NCBI GenBank assembly: GCA_937877085.1
Contig: CALEEY010000026.1
Span: forward strand, 5,002 to 69,001
Length of the DNA: 64,000 bases
Direction of reading: 5' to 3'
Source of the DNA: an uncultured Bacteroidota bacterium
Lineage (GTDB): Bacteria > Bacteroidota > Rhodothermia > Rhodothermales > UBA10348
Part shown: positions 36,112 to 44,852 of the stretch, one piece after another
Position numbering within the stretch: the first letter of the stretch is position 1
Layout of the letters: each line of letters opens with the position of its first letter
Translations under genes and position numbers: made by a program
Notes under the pieces: model-generated
The model's input: the letters and a program-made list of their open reading frames with translations, nothing else
What the model was told of the DNA's origin: nothing
Database searches by the model: none

Positions 36112-38091
36112 TCACTCACGCACCGACCAAATCGACCCGTTGGCTTTCGCGAGCACATACAGTTCGCCTGCTGCATCCATCCCAAATCGAAGTTCTGTTC
36201 GAGGCCTGCCAGCAAAATGTTCAAACGTTTGCTCCACATTTTTAGCATCCATCAGGATGGCGCGCTGAATCTTGGCGTCCGCTTGTCCCAACTGAAGGTC
36301 CTCGGCATCTACGTAATAGATTCGGCCCGAAATCAGGTCCCCAAACACATATTTCCCGTAGAGCGCGGGGATACGTTTCCCTCGATATACGAAGCCTCCA
36401 ACCAAAGCAGCCAGCTCATCATGGTCTATACGGGCAACGGGATCCGTAAAGTCATCGTCTGAGCTGCGGCCTTTTGGATACACACTAGACGGGTCCCCTT
36501 TTTCGTATCGAAATCCACCTTCGCGATGATTCCAGCCGTAATTCGCTCCGCTTTCGCCCAAGAAAATACTTTCGACCTTAGCTTCACCAATGTGACCAAT
36601 AACCATGGTTCGCGTGAGCGTGTCCCAGCTAAATCGATGGGGATTTCGTAGCCCCAACGCCCATATTTCGCCCAAAGCATTCGTTTTGCCCACAAAAGGG
36701 TTGATCGACGGAATTCCGTACTGCCCATTGAGGCTGTTTTTGCCCAAAGGATCGATTCGAAGAATTTTCCCGGTGTGGGCGCCAAGCGATTGGGGGTTTT
36801 CTGTCTGAAAACCAGGTCTTTCTCCGTCGCCAACAGACAGGTAAAGAAGACCGTATTCGGAAGTCCCTTTCTTGGCCGTCGGATCAAATGCAATTTGTTG
36901 AATGCCGTGTAAGGTGGAATTGAATCCCAACCGGAGCACCTCTCTTACGGGTCCTTTGAATGTGGATGCCCCCGGATCTGCCGCCGTCCATTCCAACAGA
37001 ACTCCTTGAACAGCATCTCCTTCGCCATTGGAATAGTCCGGAATACGATCTTCTAGTGCTTTTCCAGCCTCCGTATGCACCGTGTACAGTTTTCCGTTCT
37101 GCGCAAACTCCGGATGAAATGCGAAGAAGGTGAAACCACTCGCCAACCCAGGATCGTCAATAAAGCTTGGGTTCTGACTACGCAGGTTGAGGTATTCGCT
37201 CACCTTTCCATCAACAATCGCGTACAATTTTCCTCGCAAATCATTGACAAATACTCGATTGGAGTCACCGTTTGCATACCCGAGATAGCCAATCCGCGCG
37301 AGGGGCCCGCCCGTGGCATCGCTCGCGGGAATAACGGCGAAGGGCTCCAGTCGCAGGCTCAGGCTACCCACTTCGATGGCTTCGGGAATGGGGTCTATAA
37401 GGGGAGCAGCGCCACTTACCAGCCGAATGTCCCGAAAAGCCCCTGTATCGTCGAAAGATCCAAATCCTATGGCTCCTTTTTTGAATGTCTTATCGGTCAT
37501 GGTCATGAGTGGCGTGCGCAGATCGTCCACATAAACCTGTGTCTCCCCGGTCGCGACGTTCCGATCTACCCGAATTTGATGCCATTCGGTGTCAGAAAGC
37601 CGGGTTTCTGGAGGATTTTCGAGCCCTTGATCGTCAATTCGGCGGCGGTCGGCATGATCTACGATGAAAATGCCGTTATGGGGCATCACCGTGTTATCGT
37701 TCGACAGGTGGGCATAGTAAAACTTTTCTGGAGACTGGTAACCAAAAACGATGATCACGTCCCGGCCCACGATGTCTGGACTCGTAGAAGATTTTACAAG
37801 AGCCGTTAAATGAAAGTTGGTCAACGATCGCGTGCCCCTAGCCGTAGCTAAGGCGCCCGGGCGCCGAATAGCCTCGGGAATCGAACCAGGCGCAATCAAT
37901 TCAAGCACACCATCCTCAAACGTCCAAAGTGCCGGCTCTTCAAAGTCCCATGCTTCTGGAGTTGTCATTTGGCCATCGGATAGCGATTCCGCAAATTCAT
38001 TCGACGGGGAATCATCTTTCTGCGTACAACCTGAGATGCACGGAAAAATGATACCGGAAACGAGAATCAGAGACAAAAGAGAACGATTCAT
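36112..38091 (-). CDS. Lipoprotein: N-terminal DUF1080-like (3-keto-disaccharide hydrolase/LamG fold) domain fused to a PQQ-dependent sugar (sorbosone/glucose) dehydrogenase-like beta-propeller
   Basis: Lipobox (CISGCTQ). The N-terminal WTFEDGVLEL...LTNFHLTALVKSS segment is followed by C-terminal GLRNPHRFSWD and GANYGWNHREG motifs typical of soluble quinoprotein dehydrogenases. Confidence 0.6.
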   Translation of the reverse strand: MNRSLLSLILVSGIIFPCISGCTQKDDSPSNEFAESLSDGQMTTPEAWDFEEPALWTFEDGVLELIAPGSIPEAIRRPGALATARGTRSLTNFHLTALVKSSTSPDIVGRDVIIVFGYQSPEKFYYAHLSNDNTVMPHNGIFIVDHADRRRIDDQGLENPPETRLSDTEWHQIRVDRNVATGETQVYVDDLRTPLMTMTDKTFKKGAIGFGSFDDTGAFRDIRLVSGAAPLIDPIPEAIEVGSLSLRLEPFAVIPASDATGGPLARIGYLGYANGDSNRVFVNDLRGKLYAIVDGKVSEYLNLRSQNPSFIDDPGLASGFTFFAFHPEFAQNGKLYTVHTEAGKALEDRIPDYSNGEGDAVQGVLLEWTAADPGASTFKGPVREVLRLGFNSTLHGIQQIAFDPTAKKGTSEYGLLYLSVGDGERPGFQTENPQSLGAHTGKILRIDPLGKNSLNGQYGIPSINPFVGKTNALGEIWALGLRNPHRFSWDTLTRTMVIGHIGEAKVESIFLGESGANYGWNHREGGFRYEKGDPSSVYPKGRSSDDDFTDPVARIDHDELAALVGGFVYRGKRIPALYGKYVFGDLISGRIYYVDAEDLQLGQADAKIQRAILMDAKNVEQTFEHFAGRPRTELRFGMDAAGELYVLAKANGSIWSVRE

Positions 38092-38137
38092 CGAAGCAAC
38101 GAATGGGATTTCGGTCGAAAAACTTTCTGAATATCGG

Positions 38138-39520
38138 TTACCGATCTTGAATAATCGCTACGACCTGGGTATCAAAGTTTTCATAGGTCGTGTAGGAGCC
38201 TCGAAGCCACAGTACAACCCGTCGCTCGCTTTTCCACGACGGGATGATGGGTCGAATATTATCCATGGTCGAATGTTGGGTGATGGCCTTCCAATCAAAC
38301 GATTTTCCACCGTCAATCGAAGTGCCTTCAAAGAGTTCATAATGACGTTTTTGATCGGCCCGGCTCACCAGGGCTTCGCCGGTAACCGGGTCGGCATTGG
38401 TCGAGATCACCAAGTGATTGACATTTTCGGGGTCTATGGCCACTAAACCCGTGTAATCGTCCTCAAACGGATATAGTCTTTCACCAGCAAATGCAATCTC
38501 GTGCTGCTGCCAGCCATCTCCGGAAAAACGGGCCAAATGAAAACGGTGGTCTAAACCAGCCAATTTGGGTGGATGGTCTCTCCCATCCTTTTGCACCGAA
38601 AACGCGATTACCGGTTGGTCCTGCTCATCCACGGCGACATCGGCCATCCACGCCACATTGTCGGGATTACCGGCAAAAACCAATGTAAGCGCCGACGGCG
38701 GGACGGCATCTTGATCGCGTAATTCCGCGTCTAGGACACTACCGAACGAGTCGTAGAGCGAGTGACCGTCCGTGGAGCCATGATAGATTGAATTGTCAAA
38801 GTTACGGGGATGCTGATCCGTTGCGACAACGTGAATCCTAGACCCGTCGCGGTTGTCCACATACTTTAGGTACGGACGACCTTCGCTACTCAACAAACGA
38901 CCACCATACTGCCACTGACCCCCCAAGGAGTCAAGGACTAAAAAATTTGGATTCCATCCTCGCGAGCGGGAAAAGTCGTATAGCTTGCGATCCTTGCCGA
39001 CTCCGGCTGTCAGCAGGTTGTTGTACGTGACATTGGCCTCGTCTTGATAGATCTCCAGGTCGTTCCATTTTTGGGGATTATGGGCTTCAGAATGGGCCAC
39101 GTAAACGTTTTTATCGCTACCGTGTCTTGAAAAAAGGGCGAGAACCTGTCCGTTTTCCTGTTGAAACAGCGCCGCCGCGTTGTGATCGTCTTGGCCAAGG
39201 CGGTCATACAGTTCTACGGCTCCGCCCTGTCCACTGTTCAATCCGAACCAGTGAAAGTCCAGATCTCCTTGCTCGGTCGAATCCCGATCCGAGGCAGAAA
39301 TCGACGTGAACATGAGCATGGGTTCGTCCGGATGGTTTGCATCGACAATGGCGCGCTCATCTTGAAACCAACACCACGCTCCGTTGGGACTGCCAGCCGT
39401 TCCGGTGAAGATAATCAGGTCGCCCCGAACAAAATCGATCGCATGTTCTTGGGGTTCGTCCGGTCCACAGCCAGCGAATACCACGATCAATAAAACCACT
39501 ACACTCCTTTGGATCATCAT
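38138..39520 (-). CDS. Hypothetical lipoprotein, possibly a BNR_4/sialidase-like beta-propeller
   Basis: Lipobox (VFAGCGPD). WCWFQDERAIVD and DDHNAAALFQQENGQVLALFSRHG weakly resemble BNR-4 repeat proteins. The function is uncertain. Confidence 0.35.
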   Translation of the reverse strand: MMIQRSVVVLLIVVFAGCGPDEPQEHAIDFVRGDLIIFTGTAGSPNGAWCWFQDERAIVDANHPDEPMLMFTSISASDRDSTEQGDLDFHWFGLNSGQGGAVELYDRLGQDDHNAAALFQQENGQVLALFSRHGSDKNVYVAHSEAHNPQKWNDLEIYQDEANVTYNNLLTAGVGKDRKLYDFSRSRGWNPNFLVLDSLGGQWQYGGRLLSSEGRPYLKYVDNRDGSRIHVVATDQHPRNFDNSIYHGSTDGHSLYDSFGSVLDAELRDQDAVPPSALTLVFAGNPDNVAWMADVAVDEQDQPVIAFSVQKDGRDHPPKLAGLDHRFHLARFSGDGWQQHEIAFAGERLYPFEDDYTGLVAIDPENVNHLVISTNADPVTGEALVSRADQKRHYELFEGTSIDGGKSFDWKAITQHSTMDNIRPIIPSWKSERRVVLWLRGSYTTYENFDTQVVAIIQDR

Positions 39521-39642
39521 TCAATGCCTTTTTTTTGAAAAAGCCTCCTAGTTAATAGACCAGCTTGTTTTCGTCCAAAATACGGTCTCCGGACCAAGCC
39601 GGATCAAGTGGCGCGTAAACACTTGGTGAGGCTACCAAAACG

Positions 39643-40989
39643 TCAAGAACTGAGGCATTTGCGCGCATATCGGGTGTCGATGTGCGCACCAAGTTGAGTT
39701 AAAATGGACATCAGACCGCCCAAGAGTCGATTTACAAATACAAAGTGGTGGGATCCAATGGGGCGTCTATACTTGTAGGCTTCTCGTCCCATGAATTTAG
39801 GCATGACTTCTTTGAAGCGTTCTAATAACACGCCTGAGCCAAAATCGTACACATCGGCTTCGTACAAAGAAGCGATAATATCTCCCATGGCACCGATTAT
39901 TTCCAACAGGTAGGCCCTTTCGTCTGGCTTTAAATCCGCAGGAAGTAGCTCCAGCGCCGTGTATACACGCTCCTGCCTCGCCTGGTCTCCAGACATTCGG
40001 GCCTTAAAAAGCTCCAATAGATTGTCCCTGAAATCCCGCGGGAATCGCTTCACACATCCAAAGTCCAATATGGCTAGACGCCCATCCGGTCGAAACATGA
40101 AATTCCCTGGATGAGCATCCGCGTGGACCGTCAAATGGTCAGCGACAATTTGGGTGTGAATGGTATCCCACAATAATTGGCCGTATCGATCGCGATCCTC
40201 CTGAGTGGGATTCGAGGCCAGATATTCTTTGAGGTGAACGCCCTCAACATAGGTCATAGTCAGAACCCGCTCGGTACTGGTTTCTTTGACCCATTGGGGA
40301 ATTATTATTTGAGAGCTATCGAACCGCCCAGCGAAAACCTCCAAATTTTGGCCTTCCAACAAGTAATTCGTCTCTTCCATCATCCGGTCTCGGACTTCTT
40401 TGAGATAGGGATCAATGGCCTGGGCGTCAATAAATCTTCCAGCGATCCCTCGCACCAACCTCAGATCCGAGTCAATGCTTTCCCGAACGTTAGGGTATTG
40501 CACCTTAACAGCGACTTGGCGCCCATCGTGCAAGGTGGCTCGGTGAACCTGTCCCAAAGAAGCAGCTGCCATGGCTGGAAACGAAAAATCGGCAAATGCC
40601 TTTTCAGGAGGCGCCCCCAAAGCCTGGGTTACGAGGCGTCTCACTAGGGCTGGACCCATGGCCGGGACTTCGTATTGGGCCTTAGATAATATCTGGTGGA
40701 ATTGCTCTGGCAGTACGCCCGGTTCCATGCTCAGCCCTTGCGCCATTTTCAGAGCGGTCCCTCGCAATTTGGACAACTCAGCAAACAGATCTTCCGCATT
40801 ACGCGTGTGTAGCTCGCCCCTAGCCTCTTCCTTATTGGTGCCTGTAATCCTTCTGGATAAATACCGCGCGTAGTTGGAGCCAATTTTCAAACCCGTTTTG
40901 GCCGCGATTAGGCCTCGGTCGGTGGCGCCGCCTGGCGGCGCCCCATATTCATCCCCTTTGTCTTGACCCCCTTTGTCTTGATCTTCCAT
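39643..40989 (-). CDS. ABC1/UbiB (AarF) atypical kinase family protein
   Basis: AAASLGQVHRATLHDGRQVAVKVQYP, the HADAHPGNF catalytic loop and ILDFG are present. Confidence 0.85.
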   Translation of the reverse strand: MEDQDKGGQDKGDEYGAPPGGATDRGLIAAKTGLKIGSNYARYLSRRITGTNKEEARGELHTRNAEDLFAELSKLRGTALKMAQGLSMEPGVLPEQFHQILSKAQYEVPAMGPALVRRLVTQALGAPPEKAFADFSFPAMAAASLGQVHRATLHDGRQVAVKVQYPNVRESIDSDLRLVRGIAGRFIDAQAIDPYLKEVRDRMMEETNYLLEGQNLEVFAGRFDSSQIIIPQWVKETSTERVLTMTYVEGVHLKEYLASNPTQEDRDRYGQLLWDTIHTQIVADHLTVHADAHPGNFMFRPDGRLAILDFGCVKRFPRDFRDNLLELFKARMSGDQARQERVYTALELLPADLKPDERAYLLEIIGAMGDIIASLYEADVYDFGSGVLLERFKEVMPKFMGREAYKYRRPIGSHHFVFVNRLLGGLMSILTQLGAHIDTRYARKCLSS

Positions 40990-40991
40990 AA

Positions 40992-41588
40992 TCAGCTATT
41001 TTCCTCGCCGTCCTGAGCACTTTCTTCCGCATGTTTGGAAGGGTTAAACCATTCTGAAATGAAAGGAATCCGGTTTAGCGGCAAATAGCCAGCTTCTACG
41101 CTGTAGCGAGCGAGATCAACTGCTTTTTGAGGAATGGGATTCGCCCAGACGGATGCCACAAAAGCCAACGTCTTGTCTGCCAAGGCTGCCGATCGGTGCC
41201 GGTCCGGCGACGTGTCTTTTAAAGTGGCTAGAAGCAGTTGCACCAACACCTCAGCGGCCACAAAACGCGCGGGAGCCGTATCGGTAATCCATTGATTGAT
41301 GCTCGAAACATCGGGCGCACGGGCTACCGAAGTCAGCGCATTTCGAAGCGCGCTATGAAAGGGCGAGTTAAACCCGGCGGCCTCCGACTCAAATATTTCA
41401 GCGAACTCGGGACTCTCCGCTGTGGGATCAGCTTTTGAGGCATGATGCGCTTGGCTCCATTCATCCAACGCATCCAACAGCATAAAAAAGAAGGCCGTCA
41501 TGCGTTCGGAAACGGGCCATGAATGGACATCCGGGACTTGATTTAACTGATCAAGGGCATCGGAAACGGACTGCTTAAACTGGATCAA
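40992..41588 (-). CDS. Hypothetical protein, probably co-transcribed with the ABC1 kinase
   Basis: 198-aa ORF whose stop lies 2 nt before the kinase start. I recognise no motif. Confidence 0.5.
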   Translation of the reverse strand: MIQFKQSVSDALDQLNQVPDVHSWPVSERMTAFFFMLLDALDEWSQAHHASKADPTAESPEFAEIFESEAAGFNSPFHSALRNALTSVARAPDVSSINQWITDTAPARFVAAEVLVQLLLATLKDTSPDRHRSAALADKTLAFVASVWANPIPQKAVDLARYSVEAGYLPLNRIPFISEWFNPSKHAEESAQDGEENS

Positions 41589-41814
41589 CTGAATGCCTTT
41601 TGTAGGACGAGCTTGGGAAAGGGTTCGGGCTGCTTTTGCGAATTAGTGCATGCTAAGCGTACGGCGATGGAGGATCAAAGCTCCCCAAAAAACACGTTGG
41701 GACGATTCGGCCAGGGCCGCAGAGCCGCTGCTAAATTCAAAGCTTCCCAGATCTTCCATACCGGAAAGCAGGGGTAGGGACACCAACCAGGCCACTTACC
41801 CATTTTAAAATTCT

Positions 41815-42603
41815 TTAATCTCCAGTGACCTCTGTAAAAAAGCCGTGTTGCAAAAAATAGAGGGCGTGTGAGATAACCTTTTGGTTCTCCATGATAAAGG
41901 GATGTGATACGGGTACTACCAAAAAATCCGTCATCCCTTCCAGTTTCGCGTTCTCAACAGATACCTTGCCGTCGTCTCGGCCGTTAATCAGGAAAGAAAG
42001 TATCGGATTGACGGTTCGGCTTCCGGTTATTATACCGACGTCAAATGTTGCCGCTCCCAATTGAAGTGGTAAACTGGACGTACTCGTTCCTAATTCTCCA
42101 CCTGCAGGTCCATTCATTTTCTTGAAGAGCCACCAATGGCCTAGTTTGTCGACAACCTCACTTCCGCCGTTGGGCGGGCTTAACATGACGACGCGTCCGA
42201 TGCGAGGAAGCTGGTCGTGAAGCGCCAAATACCTAACCAGGATCCCACCCATAGAATGGGTAACAAAGTCTATCTCGGAGTCCAAGCTGCCAAAACAAGC
42301 TTTGATCTCAGGCAGGACAAAATGTAAAGCTAGTGTTTCTATCGGATGCTCCGTTGACGGGTAATCAATATTACACGTACTGAAGCCGGCCTTATCCAGG
42401 GCAGTCTGCATTTTTTGCATAGAATAACTTGATCTAGCCAGCCCGTGAAGGAGCACGACCTTTCGCCCTTCCACAACTTTTTCCGGCGCCACCTCCACCG
42501 TTTGGGTCGCTGCTTGCCCCGCCGGGTTCTCTCCCACAGGGCCGTGCTTCGCCGCCCGGCCACCCAAGAAATAAGCAAAAGCTACAATCAAGACATATTT
42601 CAT
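41815..42603 (-). CDS. Alpha/beta hydrolase (lipase/esterase, PGAP1-like)
   Basis: Start moved to MKYVLIVAFAYFLGG. It has an LLHGL oxyanion region and a THSMGG nucleophile elbow. Confidence 0.7.
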   Translation of the reverse strand: MKYVLIVAFAYFLGGRAAKHGPVGENPAGQAATQTVEVAPEKVVEGRKVVLLHGLARSSYSMQKMQTALDKAGFSTCNIDYPSTEHPIETLALHFVLPEIKACFGSLDSEIDFVTHSMGGILVRYLALHDQLPRIGRVVMLSPPNGGSEVVDKLGHWWLFKKMNGPAGGELGTSTSSLPLQLGAATFDVGIITGSRTVNPILSFLINGRDDGKVSVENAKLEGMTDFLVVPVSHPFIMENQKVISHALYFLQHGFFTEVTGD

Positions 42604-42722
42604 TCGGTTAACACCATCGGTGAAACTCGATTCTAAGGACTCAAAAGCACGCCCGAGCAACTGGACCGGTTTCAGGGCTGTCTTTATCGGGCCTGCCCCT
42701 CCCATATAAACCAGCCCCTCTC

Positions 42723-43913
42723 CTATAGACTTTGTGCGCCCTCCAAAAGAGCCATAATCTGTTTTAGAGCCTTCAATCGCTCGACGTAATATTCCTTCAC
42801 TTCTGGGGAATCTGACTCCGCGACCTTCTTTTCGCCCGATTGACTCGATTCGTAGACTAAATCGAATGCCGTTTGGCCTTGATCTGTTTCTAACTGCTGA
42901 TTAACGCCGCGCTTTAGTAAAAGCCGAACTTGATCGACATAGGCAAAAGAAGCGGCAATGTGGAGCGCATTCTGACCATTTCTGTCCCCAAATTCTGGAT
43001 CTAGCCCGCGGTCCAAAAACTCTGCCAACAAAGATAGATCGTTAGCAAACACCACGGATGTGGCTACATGATAGCGCTCGCTACGGGCGAGTGACGGATC
43101 TGCCCCCAAGTCCAATAACGTGCGTAAGCAGCCTCCGTTTTCAAGTCGGTGCGCGCGCGTTAGCGCTACAAACAAAGGGGAGGCACCATCGGGGTCAGGT
43201 CTATTGGCGACCTCCGGGTCTTTTTCGATGGCCTCCTTAAGCTCGTCACATTTCCCTAAACCCACAAGATTGTACGAGGTGAGCGTCGCATGATTAGCAA
43301 GACTGAGTGCGACCAATTCATTTTGCCGGACGCTCGGATGGTCCAAAATTAGTGAAAGAGGAGTTTGTCCATTTTCAAACGGTTCACTTAATAAATCGGG
43401 GCGTTGCGGCAACATCGCTTCAATTTCTGCTACTGCTTTGGTGTCCAAGTAATGGCGTCTAAACGAATCAAATTCCAATAACTCCAGCGTCGCGTCCAGC
43501 GCGCTTTCTCCTCCAATCATCGTTTCCAGGTATTTTACATAGGTTTCCTTGCTTTGAGGACTCGAAATGCGGTCCTCTTCACGGCCATTGTTAAAAAACA
43601 CGATCGTTGGGACCCCATTGACCCGCAAGTCGGCGTAAATACCTGGCGACTGGTCAATGTCCACTTTGACAATCTTTGCGCGATCCCCCATTTCTGATAC
43701 GAGGCTCTCCACAACGGGGTCAACTTCCTTACAAGGGCCACACCAAACTGCCGTAAAGTCTACTAAAACCGGAACAGAAGCTTGCATAACCTCAACTTCA
43801 AAACTTTGGTCGGTCACATAAGCAACGGTGTGGGCCATCCCCTCTGTATCGCTACTTGGAGCCGCGCAGCCGGCCAGTATGCAAAAAACAAAGATCCCTA
43901 CAAATGGCTTCAT
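42723..43913 (-). CDS. Lipoprotein with an N-terminal thioredoxin domain and C-terminal ankyrin repeats
   Basis: Lipobox (ILAGCAAP). It has a VLVDFTAVWCGPCK redox motif and GVPTIVFF. Ankyrin-type repeats are visible (DGASPLFVALTRAH...LLDLGADP; GQNALHIAASFAYVDQVRLLLKRGVN). Confidence 0.7.
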   Translation of the reverse strand: MKPFVGIFVFCILAGCAAPSSDTEGMAHTVAYVTDQSFEVEVMQASVPVLVDFTAVWCGPCKEVDPVVESLVSEMGDRAKIVKVDIDQSPGIYADLRVNGVPTIVFFNNGREEDRISSPQSKETYVKYLETMIGGESALDATLELLEFDSFRRHYLDTKAVAEIEAMLPQRPDLLSEPFENGQTPLSLILDHPSVRQNELVALSLANHATLTSYNLVGLGKCDELKEAIEKDPEVANRPDPDGASPLFVALTRAHRLENGGCLRTLLDLGADPSLARSERYHVATSVVFANDLSLLAEFLDRGLDPEFGDRNGQNALHIAASFAYVDQVRLLLKRGVNQQLETDQGQTAFDLVYESSQSGEKKVAESDSPEVKEYYVERLKALKQIMALLEGAQSL

Positions 43914-44127
43914 TTTGATTTTTTAGATTGATTTAAGGCTATTCCCTCTCGAATGAGCCTACATGCTTGATGATGTCATCATTTTATTACGGTAGAAGAT
44001 AGTCCGGTTTGGTAAATTGGCAACGGTGATTGATGCCGGCACGATGGCCGTTTTTCAATAACACTCATTTCGGCTCCCTGAATGGTTCCATAACCTACAC
44101 CTTCTGAACGGCCAAACGGCATACATC

Positions 44128-44841
44128 ATGCGCTATCCCATCTGCCTTTTACTCTTGGGGCTCTTCGTCCTTCCCTTTACGGCTACTGCTAGCGCTCAAA
44201 GTAGTCCTCCGGAAGGTTTTTCAGCCCTGTTTAACGGCGAAAACCTGGATGGTTGGTTCGGACACGGTACAGAGGACCCGCGCATGCTATGGAACATGTC
44301 CGCTGAAGAGCTGGAGATGCACAAAGAAAAGACCCGGGAGGACGTTCGGCAGCACTGGAGCGTAGAGAATGGCGAACTAGTCAACGACGGCGAGGGACTT
44401 TACCTTACCACCGACAAAGATTATGGCGACTTCGAGCTACTCCTCGAGTACAAGACGGTACCGCTAGCGGACAGCGGTATTTACCTACGCGGCGTCCCTC
44501 AGGTGCAGATCTGGGATACGACTAAAGAAGGTGGGAAGTGGGACTTAGGTGCGGATAGAGGGTCAGGCGGATTATGGAATAACAGCGCCGGAGCCCCCGG
44601 AAAGGACCCTTCGAAACATATGGACAAATCGTTCGGCGAGTGGAATAGCTTCCGCATCCTCATGATCGGAAATCAGGTCACTGTTTATTTCAACGGTGTG
44701 AAAGTCGTCGACCAAGCTGTGATGGAAAACTACTTCGATCGCAGTATCCCAATCTTCGAGAACGGACCGATCCAGCTACAAACCCACGGGGGTGAAATCC
44801 GTTGGCGCAATGTGTTTATCCGCGAGATCGCAAAGAAGTAA
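44128..44841 (+). CDS. Secreted DUF1080 (3-keto-disaccharide hydrolase family) protein
   Basis: Signal peptide, then FNGENLDGWFG, WSVENGELVNDG, YGDFELLLEYK, DSGIYLRG and GPIQLQTHGGEIRWRNVFIREI, which together form the canonical DUF1080 pattern. Confidence 0.8.
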   Translation: MRYPICLLLLGLFVLPFTATASAQSSPPEGFSALFNGENLDGWFGHGTEDPRMLWNMSAEELEMHKEKTREDVRQHWSVENGELVNDGEGLYLTTDKDYGDFELLLEYKTVPLADSGIYLRGVPQVQIWDTTKEGGKWDLGADRGSGGLWNNSAGAPGKDPSKHMDKSFGEWNSFRILMIGNQVTVYFNGVKVVDQAVMENYFDRSIPIFENGPIQLQTHGGEIRWRNVFIREIAKK

Positions 44842-44852
44842 TTTCTTAGGAA

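Noticed and set aside
37075-37809. 244-aa plus-strand ORF
   Set aside because: It is antisense within the DUF1080-dehydrogenase gene and has no motifs.
41643-41759. 38-aa minus-strand ORF in the gap between the alpha/beta hydrolase and the 198-aa gene
   Set aside because: It has no signal, no RBS and an unremarkable composition. It cannot be supported from sequence alone.
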